IMG/VR virus record: IMGVR_UViG_3300038379_000741
Location: 12,941-76,940 of that record
Source: a virus
DNA length: 64,000 bases
Strand: one strand, 5' to 3'
Position 1 is the first letter of the stretch. Every line of letters starts with the position of its first letter. The position numbers were made by a program, and so were the translations under genes. Positions 43,297 to 52,099 of this stretch are shown here, piece after piece. Below the pieces are notes generated by a model that did no database searches, was not told where the DNA came from, and saw only the letters and a list, made by a program, of their open reading frames with translations.

Positions 43297-43668
43297 ATGG
43301 CGATGCCGCAAGTACGAGCGTTCCCGCTCTTCATCAATGCCAAGAAGGTCGGCCAGGTCAACGGCACGAACTTCTCGGTCATGCCCAACCGCCAGAAGCT
43401 CTACGGCGCCGAGGGCTTCCTCACGCTGTCCCGAGGTGCCGTCACGTGCGGCGTCGAGGTCGACTTCATCGAGCCGGTCACGGGCGACGACGTCGACTTC
43501 ATCGCGAACTGGATCCTCCAGAAGGACGTCGGCGTCCAGATGCCGATCGGCGGCAAGCAGTACGTGATCGACATGGGGTTCACGGGCGGCAACGTCACGT
43601 CGAACACCGAGACCGGCGTCGTCAACGGCAAGTGCACGCTCGAGGGCGGCGTGCCGAAGATCACCTGA
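43297..43668 (+). CDS. Tail tube protein
   Basis: 123 aa, immediately after the sheath gene. Confidence 0.75.
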   Translation: MAMPQVRAFPLFINAKKVGQVNGTNFSVMPNRQKLYGAEGFLTLSRGAVTCGVEVDFIEPVTGDDVDFIANWILQKDVGVQMPIGGKQYVIDMGFTGGNVTSNTETGVVNGKCTLEGGVPKIT

Positions 43669-43753
43669 CATGTCGACCTCCAGCACCTTCATCCTCTACC
43701 TGCGGGCTCACGCCTTCCACTGGAAGCTGCGGTCGGTCTTGGGAGGCTAGGAG

Positions 43754-44110
43754 ATGGCATTCAAGACCGTCACTCGGGTCGTGATGACGACAACGGGGAG
43801 CGGTATCCAGGGCTCCGACGTCTACATGTCGCCCCCGATCGTGAACGAGAACGCGCCCGGGCCGGGACCCCAGCCCGTCGTCCTCGCCTCCGGCACCGAC
43901 ACGACCGTCCCGGTGCCAGCCGGCTGCACCGAGGCCCTCATCGTCTCCTCGGACTCCTCGACCCTCGCCAAGATCCTCAAGAAGGTGACCGGCGACCAGG
44001 TCCCCATGCACTCCTCCAAGCCGTTCCTGTACTCGTTCCCGAACGGGACGGCTTCCTTCATCATCAACTGCGCGGCCCCGGGCGAGACCGTCCTGATCCA
44101 CTGGGGCTGA
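43754..44110 (+). CDS. Hypothetical structural protein (118 aa)
   Basis: GGAG RBS, beta-rich. Confidence 0.55.
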   Translation: MAFKTVTRVVMTTTGSGIQGSDVYMSPPIVNENAPGPGPQPVVLASGTDTTVPVPAGCTEALIVSSDSSTLAKILKKVTGDQVPMHSSKPFLYSFPNGTASFIINCAAPGETVLIHWG

Positions 44111-44139
44111 CCCTGCAACACGAGGTGCGAGCGTAAGAC

Positions 44140-44748
44140 ATGTCCACGTTCTCCAAGGTCCTCGGAGGCGCGAGGGAGCGCAAGCGCGCCCACCTCACCC
44201 TCGCCGACGGCACTCAGGTCCCGGTCGACGTCCGGATGCTCACTCCCATGGAGAGCGCCGCCGTCGTCTCTAGGGCTACCGAGTTCGCCCGGGAGAGGGG
44301 AGCCGCCGAGCTGACCGACGGCAACCCGATCTACGACCTCGGCATCTACGTCCACACGCTCGCCATCGCCTGCCTCGACACGGAGCGCCCGAACGAGGAC
44401 GCCAAGTTCTTCGACGGCGGCCACGAGCAGATCCTCAACTCCGAGATACTCGCCCCGGACTCGATCGCGCACCTCTTCGCGCTGTACGAGCACCACATGG
44501 ACGAGGTCTCCCTTTCGCCCTCCGAGATGGACGAGGCGGGATTGCGTCGGCTCATCGAGAGCAGCGCAAAGGGCGACATGCTCCCTTTTTGCAAGCTGCG
44601 GCCGGGAATGCAGTGGAGCTTCGTGCATTCTATGGCTGTCCTGCTTCACAAATTACTCAGTCCCAGTACGTCGTCTGGGTCTGGCTCCGCACCTGGTACG
44701 ATCGAGCCGTCGCCGAAGCCCGAAAGCAACGGGTCGGCGGAGACGTAG
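44140..44748 (+). CDS. Tail assembly chaperone candidate 1
   Basis: Located between tube and tape measure. Colinear with the next ORF (VRMLTP / LRPLSE). Confidence 0.55.
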   Translation: MSTFSKVLGGARERKRAHLTLADGTQVPVDVRMLTPMESAAVVSRATEFARERGAAELTDGNPIYDLGIYVHTLAIACLDTERPNEDAKFFDGGHEQILNSEILAPDSIAHLFALYEHHMDEVSLSPSEMDEAGLRRLIESSAKGDMLPFCKLRPGMQWSFVHSMAVLLHKLLSPSTSSGSGSAPGTIEPSPKPESNGSAET

Positions 44749-44756
44749 GGTAGAGG

Positions 44757-45338
44757 ATGCCGGCGTTCTCAAAGATCGAGAAGGAGACGCGCAAGCCGCC
44801 GGCCATGGTCCAGGTCCCGGCGTCCGCGTGGGCGCCGAGCTGGAAGGACGCCCCGCTCGACCCCGTCCTGGTAGGCCTCCGACCCCTCAGCGAGCAGGAC
44901 CTCGTCTTCTGCAACGGGGAGGCCGTCAAGCACGCCTTCCGGTTCTACCCCACCTCGCTCGACGAGGGCGTGGCGACCGCGCGCGACGCCGCCTACCACG
45001 ACCTCCAGATGCGCCTCGCCGTCAGCAGGGCCACCTGCGACCCCAACGACGTCACTCAACCCTGGGAGGTCTGGGGCAGGCACGGCGGCGACGAGCTGGT
45101 GCGCGAGGTCCTCACGACCGAGGGTGTCAAGTTCCTCTGGGACCACCTCGAGCGCGTCACGATCGAGACGTCCCCGGTGGAACCCCAGGCAACAGACGAA
45201 GACATCCAAGAACTGCTCAAGAAGGCGCCGGGCGCCCTCGCCGCGATGCCGCACTGGCGCGCTGCGAGGGTCCGGCGCCTTCTGCACTTCTGCCTCAACC
45301 AGACCCTCGCCGCCCTCGGCGAGGTGACGGACGGCTGA
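44757..45338 (+). CDS. Tail assembly chaperone candidate 2
   Basis: Paralog-like to the upstream ORF. Confidence 0.55.
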   Translation: MPAFSKIEKETRKPPAMVQVPASAWAPSWKDAPLDPVLVGLRPLSEQDLVFCNGEAVKHAFRFYPTSLDEGVATARDAAYHDLQMRLAVSRATCDPNDVTQPWEVWGRHGGDELVREVLTTEGVKFLWDHLERVTIETSPVEPQATDEDIQELLKKAPGALAAMPHWRAARVRRLLHFCLNQTLAALGEVTDG

Positions 45339-45339
45339 C

Positions 45340-45705
45340 GTGTCCAAGCTCGCTCCCTTCACCATGTACGGAGATCCGGCTGACACCGTGGTCGGCTATC
45401 ACACCTGGTGTCCAGGCTGCCGGAGCATCCACCCCGTATACGTCACCACGCACGTCGGCGACAAGCAGGTACACCACTGCGCCTGGTCCTTCAACGGCGA
45501 CCTCGAGCGGCCCACCTTCTCGCCGTCGCTGCTCGTCTACGGTCACAAGCGCGAGGACGGGAGCGTCATCAACCCGCGCTGCCACTCGTTCATCACGGAC
45601 GGCCGCTGGCACTTCTGCGGCGATTGCGAGCACGCGCTCGCCGGGCAGGTGGTCGACATGGAGGAGTGGGCCGACGAGATGTGGGATCGCCGGGCCGACG
45701 TCTGA
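45340..45705 (+). CDS. DUF6527-like metal-binding protein
   Basis: WCPGC...H...WSFNGDLERPTFSPSLL...CHSFITDG...FCGDCEH. Confidence 0.7.
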   Translation: MSKLAPFTMYGDPADTVVGYHTWCPGCRSIHPVYVTTHVGDKQVHHCAWSFNGDLERPTFSPSLLVYGHKREDGSVINPRCHSFITDGRWHFCGDCEHALAGQVVDMEEWADEMWDRRADV

Positions 45706-45708
45706 CCC

Positions 45709-47874
45709 ATGCTGAAGATCACCGTCGGCGCCAGCCTCGACCGCTCCACCCTCGCCGTCTTCTCCCAGATGGCCGACGCCGCCAAGCGCGCGGCCGCCCA
45801 GATGGCGACCGCAGAGAAGAAGGCGGCCGACGACGGCGACAAGGCCTACAGGGCAGCCGCCAAGGCCGTAGAGGGCTACGAGCGCGAGAAGACCCGCGAG
45901 GTGCAGCGCGCCGCTAAGGCCCGAGCCGCGGCCGAAAAAGCGGCCATCAAGGAGATCGAGCTTGACGCCCGCCGGGCCGCCCGAGAGCGCGAGAAGGCCG
46001 AGAAGGAGGCCTCCCACCGCGTCGTCCAGGCCCTCCGCGAGGAGGCGCGGGAGGCCAAGCGCCTGAACGAGGAGCGCATCCGCGACTCGAAGAGGCGCGA
46101 GCGTGAGGAGGCCCGCCAGGCGGGCGAGCATCGCCGTGGCGTAGTTGGGGGGCTGCGGACCGGATTCGGCCTCGCCGCGCGCGGCATGCGGTTCGCGGCC
46201 GGCGTCGGCCGGGACGTCCTCGGTGGGATGGGGGTCGACACCAGCTTCCAGTCCCTCGTCTCCCGAAACGTCGCGCTCGAGGACGCGGCGACGTCGCTCG
46301 CCAACGCCGCCTACATGCCCGGCAAGGCTGGGGCGGCCGGCATCCGCCAAGACCCGAGGCTCCTCATGCAGGAGTCGTTCGGGATCGGGACCAGGACCGG
46401 GTTCAGAGCCGGAGAGGTCATGGGCGGTATGGAGCAGTTCGTCCGGTTGACCGGCGACCTCGAGACCGCGCGCAGTGTCATGGAGAGGCTCGCCATGCTC
46501 TCCAAGGCGACGGGCTCCAACCTCGACGACATGGCGGCCGCGGCCGGCAACGTCTCCAACGCACTTGGCGACGTCCCCAACAAGGCCATGATGGTCGACG
46601 AGGTGATGCGCCAGATCGCCGGCCAGGGCAAGCTCGGCGCCGTCGAGATCAAGGACCTCGCGGTCCAGATGGCGAAGGTGGCCGCCTACGCTCCCATGAT
46701 GGAGGGCGGCACCGCCCGCAACATCCAGACCTTCGGCATCATCGCCCAAGAGGCCCGCGCGCACGGTGGCGCGTCCTCGGCGACCCAGGCCGCCCAGAGC
46801 GTCATGGCCCTCATGGCCCAGCTCACCAAGGGGGCCCGCATCAAGGGCTTCAAGGACATGGGGGTGTCCACGCAGGACGAGACGACCGGGAAGTTCCGAG
46901 ACATCGCGAAGATCCTCCCAGAGGCCTTCGCGGCCGCCGCTCGCAGGACTGGCGGCGTCGGCTCCAACTTCCAGCAGGCGATGAACACCATGATCGCCGA
47001 CCAGCAGGCGCAGCGGGCGTCTCGCGGGTTCCAAACGGCCTTCCAATCCGCCTACGCAGCGACGTCGGGGACGAAGGAAGAGAAGATCGCGGCCGGCATC
47101 GCCGCCGTCAACCAAGAGTTCGAGAACCTTCGCAAGGCCGCCATCCGTGAGGCCGAGCTGCGCGAGTCCTTCTCGCGCGCGATGGAGACCAGCAAGTCGA
47201 AGTCCGAGCAGTGGAACAACGCCCTCCAGGAGGCGACCCTCGAGCTGCAAGACAAGCTCATCCCCCTCATGCCCGCCCTCGTCGACGCCTTCACGGGGCT
47301 CCTCGGCGGCGTGAAGGCCGTCGTCGACTTCCTCCAGGAGGCGGGCATCATCAAGAAGGAGAACCGCGCCGCCGGCTCCGCCGCGCAAGGGTCCAAGGCG
47401 GTCGCGCTTACCCTCTCCCAGTTCGACGAGGGGATCCAGAAGGGGGAGTTGTCCCAGGCTCAGATCGACCAGGCCAAGGCGCTCGCCGCCAAGCAGGGCC
47501 AGGACCTCGCCTCCGCCGAGGAGGCCGCCAAGGGGGCCGGCCAACACGGGACCATCAGCCGGTTCGTGCGCGGCGAGCTGTCCGTCATGCGCGAGGCACT
47601 CCCCACCGCCCTCGGCGGGTCCGAGGAGCGCGCCGGCCTCCAGGCCTTCCCGCTCTTCGCCGCCTTCAGCGCCTACCAGCAGGGCGAGAAGCTCGACAAG
47701 CTCGAGCAGGGCCAGGTCCTCCCCGGCGAGGCCGCGCACGAGCGACTCAACAAGCTCAACCAAACCCTCGAGAGCATCAAGAACGGGACCCTGAAGGTCC
47801 ACATCACCAACCCCACCCCCGGCAGCGGAGGCCCCCAGGCCGACCCTGGGGAGAGTAACATGCCGACGGAGTAG
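45709..47874 (+). CDS. Tape measure protein
   Basis: 721 aa, Ala-rich and helical, with QGKLGAVEIKDLA motif. Canonical position. Confidence 0.85.
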   Translation: MLKITVGASLDRSTLAVFSQMADAAKRAAAQMATAEKKAADDGDKAYRAAAKAVEGYEREKTREVQRAAKARAAAEKAAIKEIELDARRAAREREKAEKEASHRVVQALREEAREAKRLNEERIRDSKRREREEARQAGEHRRGVVGGLRTGFGLAARGMRFAAGVGRDVLGGMGVDTSFQSLVSRNVALEDAATSLANAAYMPGKAGAAGIRQDPRLLMQESFGIGTRTGFRAGEVMGGMEQFVRLTGDLETARSVMERLAMLSKATGSNLDDMAAAAGNVSNALGDVPNKAMMVDEVMRQIAGQGKLGAVEIKDLAVQMAKVAAYAPMMEGGTARNIQTFGIIAQEARAHGGASSATQAAQSVMALMAQLTKGARIKGFKDMGVSTQDETTGKFRDIAKILPEAFAAAARRTGGVGSNFQQAMNTMIADQQAQRASRGFQTAFQSAYAATSGTKEEKIAAGIAAVNQEFENLRKAAIREAELRESFSRAMETSKSKSEQWNNALQEATLELQDKLIPLMPALVDAFTGLLGGVKAVVDFLQEAGIIKKENRAAGSAAQGSKAVALTLSQFDEGIQKGELSQAQIDQAKALAAKQGQDLASAEEAAKGAGQHGTISRFVRGELSVMREALPTALGGSEERAGLQAFPLFAAFSAYQQGEKLDKLEQGQVLPGEAAHERLNKLNQTLESIKNGTLKVHITNPTPGSGGPQADPGESNMPTE

Positions 47875-47877
47875 CGC

Positions 47878-48792
47878 GTGGCCAAGCTCTTCCTCGACTC
47901 AGCCCAGGTCGCCTCTTGGAACGAGGTGCCGTTCGTCATCGACTCGATGGAGATCATCGGCAGCAGCCGCCACCACGTCCACAAGTACCCGCACCAGAAC
48001 GGCGGCGACCTCGAGAAGCTCGGGCGCGAGCTGTACCTCGTCCGGATGCACGCCCTCTTTGACGAGGGATTCACGAAGGCGCCGTACCGGAACAATTACC
48101 CGAAGAACATCGAGGCCATCATGAGCTACGCCGAGCAGGGGCTCACAGCCAACCTCGTGACCCCCCAGGCCGGCACCATCAAGGCCTACTGCACGGACTG
48201 GCCCCGGAAATGGAGCGCGGACCGACGCTCCGGCGAGTCCATGGACCTCACCTTCATCGAGGACCAGGACATCGTCGATCTCGACGTCTTCTCCTCGCAG
48301 CCGACCTTCGCGACGATCGAGGAGTTGCACAACGTGGTCGTGAACTTCCAGTACCTCGACCCCAGCGTCGACCAGAACCTCTTCGCCAAGCTCCGGACCG
48401 CCGTCAACTCCGTCCTGGCCGTCCGCGACCAGATCGAGCTTCAGCTCTCCCTCCTCGAGGCCAAGATCCTCACGGTCGAGCAGCTCATCACCCAGATCGA
48501 CAACGCGATCACGACCCCGATCGCGTACCCGCTCGTCAACGCCTGCATCGCGCTCTACAACGCGCACGTCAAGCTCGCCAACGACGTCACCCAGAACCAA
48601 CTCGCCGTGCGCACCTACGTGGTGCCCCGACTCATGACCATCATGGACGTCGCGAGGGCGATCTTCGGCCGCACCGACAAGGCCTTCGACATCCTACAGC
48701 TCAACGCCGTCAACGACGCGCTCGCGATCCCGCTCGGGACCGAGCTGAAATACCTGGTCGACATCGGCCTCATCCGGGGGACCGCGGCGTGA
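47878..48792 (+). CDS. Mu gpN-like DNA circularisation / tail-tube initiator protein
   Basis: ASWNEVPF...RHHVHKYP...EKLGRE, with a C-terminal LysM/tail X-like segment. Confidence 0.75.
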   Translation: MAKLFLDSAQVASWNEVPFVIDSMEIIGSSRHHVHKYPHQNGGDLEKLGRELYLVRMHALFDEGFTKAPYRNNYPKNIEAIMSYAEQGLTANLVTPQAGTIKAYCTDWPRKWSADRRSGESMDLTFIEDQDIVDLDVFSSQPTFATIEELHNVVVNFQYLDPSVDQNLFAKLRTAVNSVLAVRDQIELQLSLLEAKILTVEQLITQIDNAITTPIAYPLVNACIALYNAHVKLANDVTQNQLAVRTYVVPRLMTIMDVARAIFGRTDKAFDILQLNAVNDALAIPLGTELKYLVDIGLIRGTAA

Positions 48793-48946
48793 CGCTCGCC
48801 GTTTGGACCGACAGGAACGGACTGTCCTTCGAGGACGTCGCCGTCGACGCGGGGGGTGACGTCGGGCTTGTGGAGCCGGATGGACTTGACGGCGACGGGC
48901 GCGAGGTGCGCGACCTCGCGCCCCAGATGGCCAGGGCGGCGAAGCG

Positions 48947-50515
48947 GTGAGCATCGCCAACCAGGGCGTCACCCTCCAGGTTGGCGGTACCGTGGTGCTG
49001 ATCGCGACCCAGTACGACCTACGCGTCGGGGTCTTCGACCAGCCCGGAGCCTTCTCGCTCCAGCTCGGGAGCGGCGAGAGCGCCGCCAGCATCCTCCACA
49101 AGTACCCGAAGAACAGCCCCTTCGGCGTGCTCGTTGCCGACAAGCCCATCTTCGCCGGCTTCACGGACGGCAACAGCGCCTCGGGCGACGCGAGCGGGAC
49201 CGAGATCACGATCGACGGCCGCGGGACCCTCAAGTTCTTCTACGACTCCTTCCACGAGCGCGAGCAGAGCTACATCACGTCCACCTTCGCCGAGCTGATC
49301 GAGAAGGCCATGGACGCGGTGGGGATGACGAAGCCGTTCACGAACGGCGAGCGCCCCAGGATCCGCACCTCCAACGCCGAGGTCCGCCAGCTCCGCGCGG
49401 GCACGACCGTCAGCGCCTCGGGCGACGAGTTCTCGACGGAGCTGACCGAGCAGGTCGGCACCGTCGGCAACGCCAAAATCGTCCTGCGCGCCAAGCTGGG
49501 GGAGCGCTGGAGCGACCTCCTTCAGAGGGTCCTGAACCAGCAGGGCCTCTTCATGTGGGACGCCGAGAACGGCGACATCGTGGTCGGTCGCCCCAACACG
49601 CAGCAGCCGCCCCTCTACCAGATCGTGCGCGAGGTCGGGTCGGGGGCGGTCAACAACGTCGTCAGCTTCCAGTTCAAGGATGACATCCAGCCCCGCTACA
49701 GCGAGGTCGTCATCTACGGCCGCGCCTCGGGCCGCAAGTACGCTCGGACGCAGGCGCGCGGCGCCTACACCGACGACGAGATGGTCAACGCCGGGGTGCA
49801 CAAGACCCTCGTCCTGCACGACGTCGATGTCACCAGCACCGCCCACGCCGAGCTGATCGCGAAGCGCCACCTCGCCGAGGGCCGCCGCCGCGCCTTCTTC
49901 CTCGAGTACGTGGTTGCCGGCCACATGACCCAGCTCCTCGGAGCGAGCACGAACGACCTCATCCTCTGGACGCCGGACACGATGGTCCAGGTCCGGGACG
50001 AGCAGCTCGGACTCGACGGCTTGTACTGGATCGAGAGCTGCCGCTACCGCCGCAACGCCGGGGGCACCACCACTGCCCTCCGGCTCCTCGACCCGAACAG
50101 CCTCCTCTTCGGGACGGACGCGCCAATCTCGGTGCCGGATCCCAACGCGGCGGCCACCGGCTCGCGCGTCAAGGTGGGGGTCGGCGCCAAGCTCGCCTCG
50201 GTCAACCAGCACGGGCTCTTCACCGCGTACGCGCAGGGACCCGGCCGCTCCGTCGTCTACGGCACTGCGTCGGAACCCGGCGTCCCAGCCGACGTGCTCG
50301 ACTACTTCAAGCAGTTCCCGCAGGCCCGCATCTTCGAGGTCGTCGCCTTCATCCGCACCTCGCACCCCCAGCTCATGTTCCCGCCGGGCAAGCCCATCCC
50401 GCTCACGCGGCCGACCTTCGAGCGCGGCTTCCTGGTCCAGGACGAGTTCGCGAAGACGCGCAAGGCCACGACCCACATCACGTTCGAGCCCACGATCGTG
50501 ACCAGAAAGCTCTGA
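48947..50515 (+). CDS. Baseplate hub (Mu gpP/gp44-like) with C-terminal extension
   Basis: AFSLQLG, ITIDGRG, RYSEVVIYG and LWTPDTMVQVRDE...YWIES motifs. Confidence 0.8.
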   Translation: MSIANQGVTLQVGGTVVLIATQYDLRVGVFDQPGAFSLQLGSGESAASILHKYPKNSPFGVLVADKPIFAGFTDGNSASGDASGTEITIDGRGTLKFFYDSFHEREQSYITSTFAELIEKAMDAVGMTKPFTNGERPRIRTSNAEVRQLRAGTTVSASGDEFSTELTEQVGTVGNAKIVLRAKLGERWSDLLQRVLNQQGLFMWDAENGDIVVGRPNTQQPPLYQIVREVGSGAVNNVVSFQFKDDIQPRYSEVVIYGRASGRKYARTQARGAYTDDEMVNAGVHKTLVLHDVDVTSTAHAELIAKRHLAEGRRRAFFLEYVVAGHMTQLLGASTNDLILWTPDTMVQVRDEQLGLDGLYWIESCRYRRNAGGTTTALRLLDPNSLLFGTDAPISVPDPNAAATGSRVKVGVGAKLASVNQHGLFTAYAQGPGRSVVYGTASEPGVPADVLDYFKQFPQARIFEVVAFIRTSHPQLMFPPGKPIPLTRPTFERGFLVQDEFAKTRKATTHITFEPTIVTRKL

Positions 50516-51135
50516 TGGAGATCGGGATCGTTGCCGCCACAACGTACGAGGACAACACCCTCACCGCGCAGCCGGTCCTCTTCGGCGACGACGCCACCGC
50601 CGCGCCGGGGGAGGCTTACCACCCCCTCGGCCTCGTCGCCCGGCCCAACGACCCCGAGGTCGACCAGCAGAGCGGCGCGGTCACGAACGGGGCGCGCGTC
50701 CTCTACGTCTACGAGGGCTCGACCCTCCACACCCTCGTCCTCGACGACCCCCGGGCGACCCAGAAGCTCCCCCAGCTCGCCAAGGGCGAGGCCGCCTTCT
50801 ACTCTCCGGGGGCCCCCGACACCGCCCACGCGCGGTACTACGCCGATGGGAACCTCCTCGTCAATGTCCCGATGGGGAAGACTATCAAGGGGGGTGGGAA
50901 CGACGCACGCGCCCTGGCTCACTCGGCCGAAACGGTCGCGCTCTTCACGATCCTCAACACCCTCATCCTCGGGTTCCAGACGGTTTGTAACGACTCCACA
51001 GTCACGACGGTCGCGCAGCTCAAGGCCGCCCTCCTCCCCTACATCACCGCCGCCGTCACCGGCTTCACGACTCCGGTGAGCGGACCGGCACCGCCCCTCG
51101 TCAGCCTTCCCACCGTCAAGCAGCTCGGCACCTAG
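50515..51135 (+). CDS. Baseplate spike (Mu gp45-like)
   Basis: YHPLGLVARP and LAKGEAAFY motifs. Follows the hub gene. Confidence 0.72.
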   Translation: MEIGIVAATTYEDNTLTAQPVLFGDDATAAPGEAYHPLGLVARPNDPEVDQQSGAVTNGARVLYVYEGSTLHTLVLDDPRATQKLPQLAKGEAAFYSPGAPDTAHARYYADGNLLVNVPMGKTIKGGGNDARALAHSAETVALFTILNTLILGFQTVCNDSTVTTVAQLKAALLPYITAAVTGFTTPVSGPAPPLVSLPTVKQLGT

Positions 51136-51136
51136 G

Positions 51137-51547
51137 TCAGATGTTGCAGCACTTGCGGTAGAAGCCGTTGACGATCCCCATCGAGACGCACGAGCACCAG
51201 CCCCCGTCGGGTCCGCAGTTCTTGGGGAGGTCGGTAGCGGAGGTCGGGCACTCCCAGGCATTGTAGTGGTTGGTCTGGTTCAGGCAGACCCCGTCCAAGT
51301 TCGGGTTCCTCCAGCAGAGGGTCGACCCGGCATCCCCTCCGGAGTCGGCCGGACTAGTGTCGGCCGAGGAGGCCTCCGAGTCGCCCACCGCGTCAGGGCT
51401 GGAATCAGCCGCAGGAGCGTCGAGTGGACCAGCGTCGGTCGCGGAAGCCTCCGGATAGTCCACCACTGTGGTCCCATCGGGTGCGGTGTTGATGACGACG
51501 GTCGTGCAGGAGCACAAGAGCAAGAGAGCGAGCGAGATGAACCTCAT
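51137..51547 (-). CDS. Cys-rich lipoprotein (moron), opposite strand
   Basis: Signal peptide with lipobox MRFISLALLLLCSC, an Asp/Ala/Ser linker (DAG/DSG) and an 8-Cys C-terminal domain. Confidence 0.75.
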   Translation of the reverse strand: MRFISLALLLLCSCTTVVINTAPDGTTVVDYPEASATDAGPLDAPAADSSPDAVGDSEASSADTSPADSGGDAGSTLCWRNPNLDGVCLNQTNHYNAWECPTSATDLPKNCGPDGGWCSCVSMGIVNGFYRKCCNI

Positions 51548-51553
51548 GAGTCT

Positions 51554-51584
51554 GAGGAATAACCCCCTTTGAACCATTGTCAAA
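51554..51584 (-). promoter_or_regulatory. Possible promoter for the lipoprotein gene
   Basis: The minus strand reads TTGACA-16 nt-TATTCC just upstream of the ATG, in an AT-rich patch. Confidence 0.4.
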
Positions 51585-51591
51585 CGTTTGC

Positions 51592-51613
51592 GACGTCCCC
51601 GCGCGGGGACGTC
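51592..51613. repeat. Perfect 22-bp palindrome, copy 3 (24 bp with flanks)
   Basis: Identical to copies 1 and 2, lying between divergent genes. Confidence 0.95.
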
Positions 51614-51625
51614 GGGGATCCCTAG

Positions 51626-52096
51626 GTGGGAGCCGGCCTGAAGAAGGCGGGCGACCTCTGGGCCGGCCACGAGCTGCCCGCGGACGCCGAAGTCTTCGTC
51701 CCGATCGAGCAGGCTCCGGCCTACGATCCCACCATCCGGGGGATCCCGTTCGACGAGGACGGGCGCGCCCAGACCGTGCACTGGGTTGATCAGGAGGTCG
51801 CGTTCGTCCTCACCGTCCCGCTGGGGTCGGTGGCTTGCATCCCGGACGTCGGGACGGACGTGGCCAAGCTCAAGACCGCCACCTCCGACAACGTCCAGAC
51901 CGTGGTCGAGGACGTGGTCCAACGCGCCCTCTCCAGGCTCCTCAACCTCAAGGCGATCTCCATCGACGCCGTCGACGTCCTGCGACGCCCCGGCACGCTC
52001 GCCTACCAAGTCCATTACAAGAACCTCCTCATCCCGTCCCCCCAGAAGCAGGCCCGGACCGTCACGATCCCGCCCTGGGCCCGGAAGGCAGCATAG
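51626..52096 (+). CDS. Baseplate wedge protein (gp46/gp25-like)
   Basis: PLGSVACIPDVG...VQRALSRL. Canonical position before the J-like gene. Confidence 0.65.
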   Translation: MGAGLKKAGDLWAGHELPADAEVFVPIEQAPAYDPTIRGIPFDEDGRAQTVHWVDQEVAFVLTVPLGSVACIPDVGTDVAKLKTATSDNVQTVVEDVVQRALSRLLNLKAISIDAVDVLRRPGTLAYQVHYKNLLIPSPQKQARTVTIPPWARKAA

Positions 52097-52099
52097 AGC

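Noticed and set aside
44560-44760. Programmed -1 frameshift between tail chaperones (CCC TTT T near 44584)
   Set aside because: It is not a clear X XXY YYZ site at the end of the gene, and the second ORF has its own RBS and ATG.
33589-47802. Long minus-strand ORFs (e.g. 33589-36303, 41445-43388, 45295-47802) and many Arg/Pro-rich alternative-frame ORFs
   Set aside because: Shadow ORFs typical of high-GC coding DNA, fully antisense to motif-bearing genes and with no motifs of their own.
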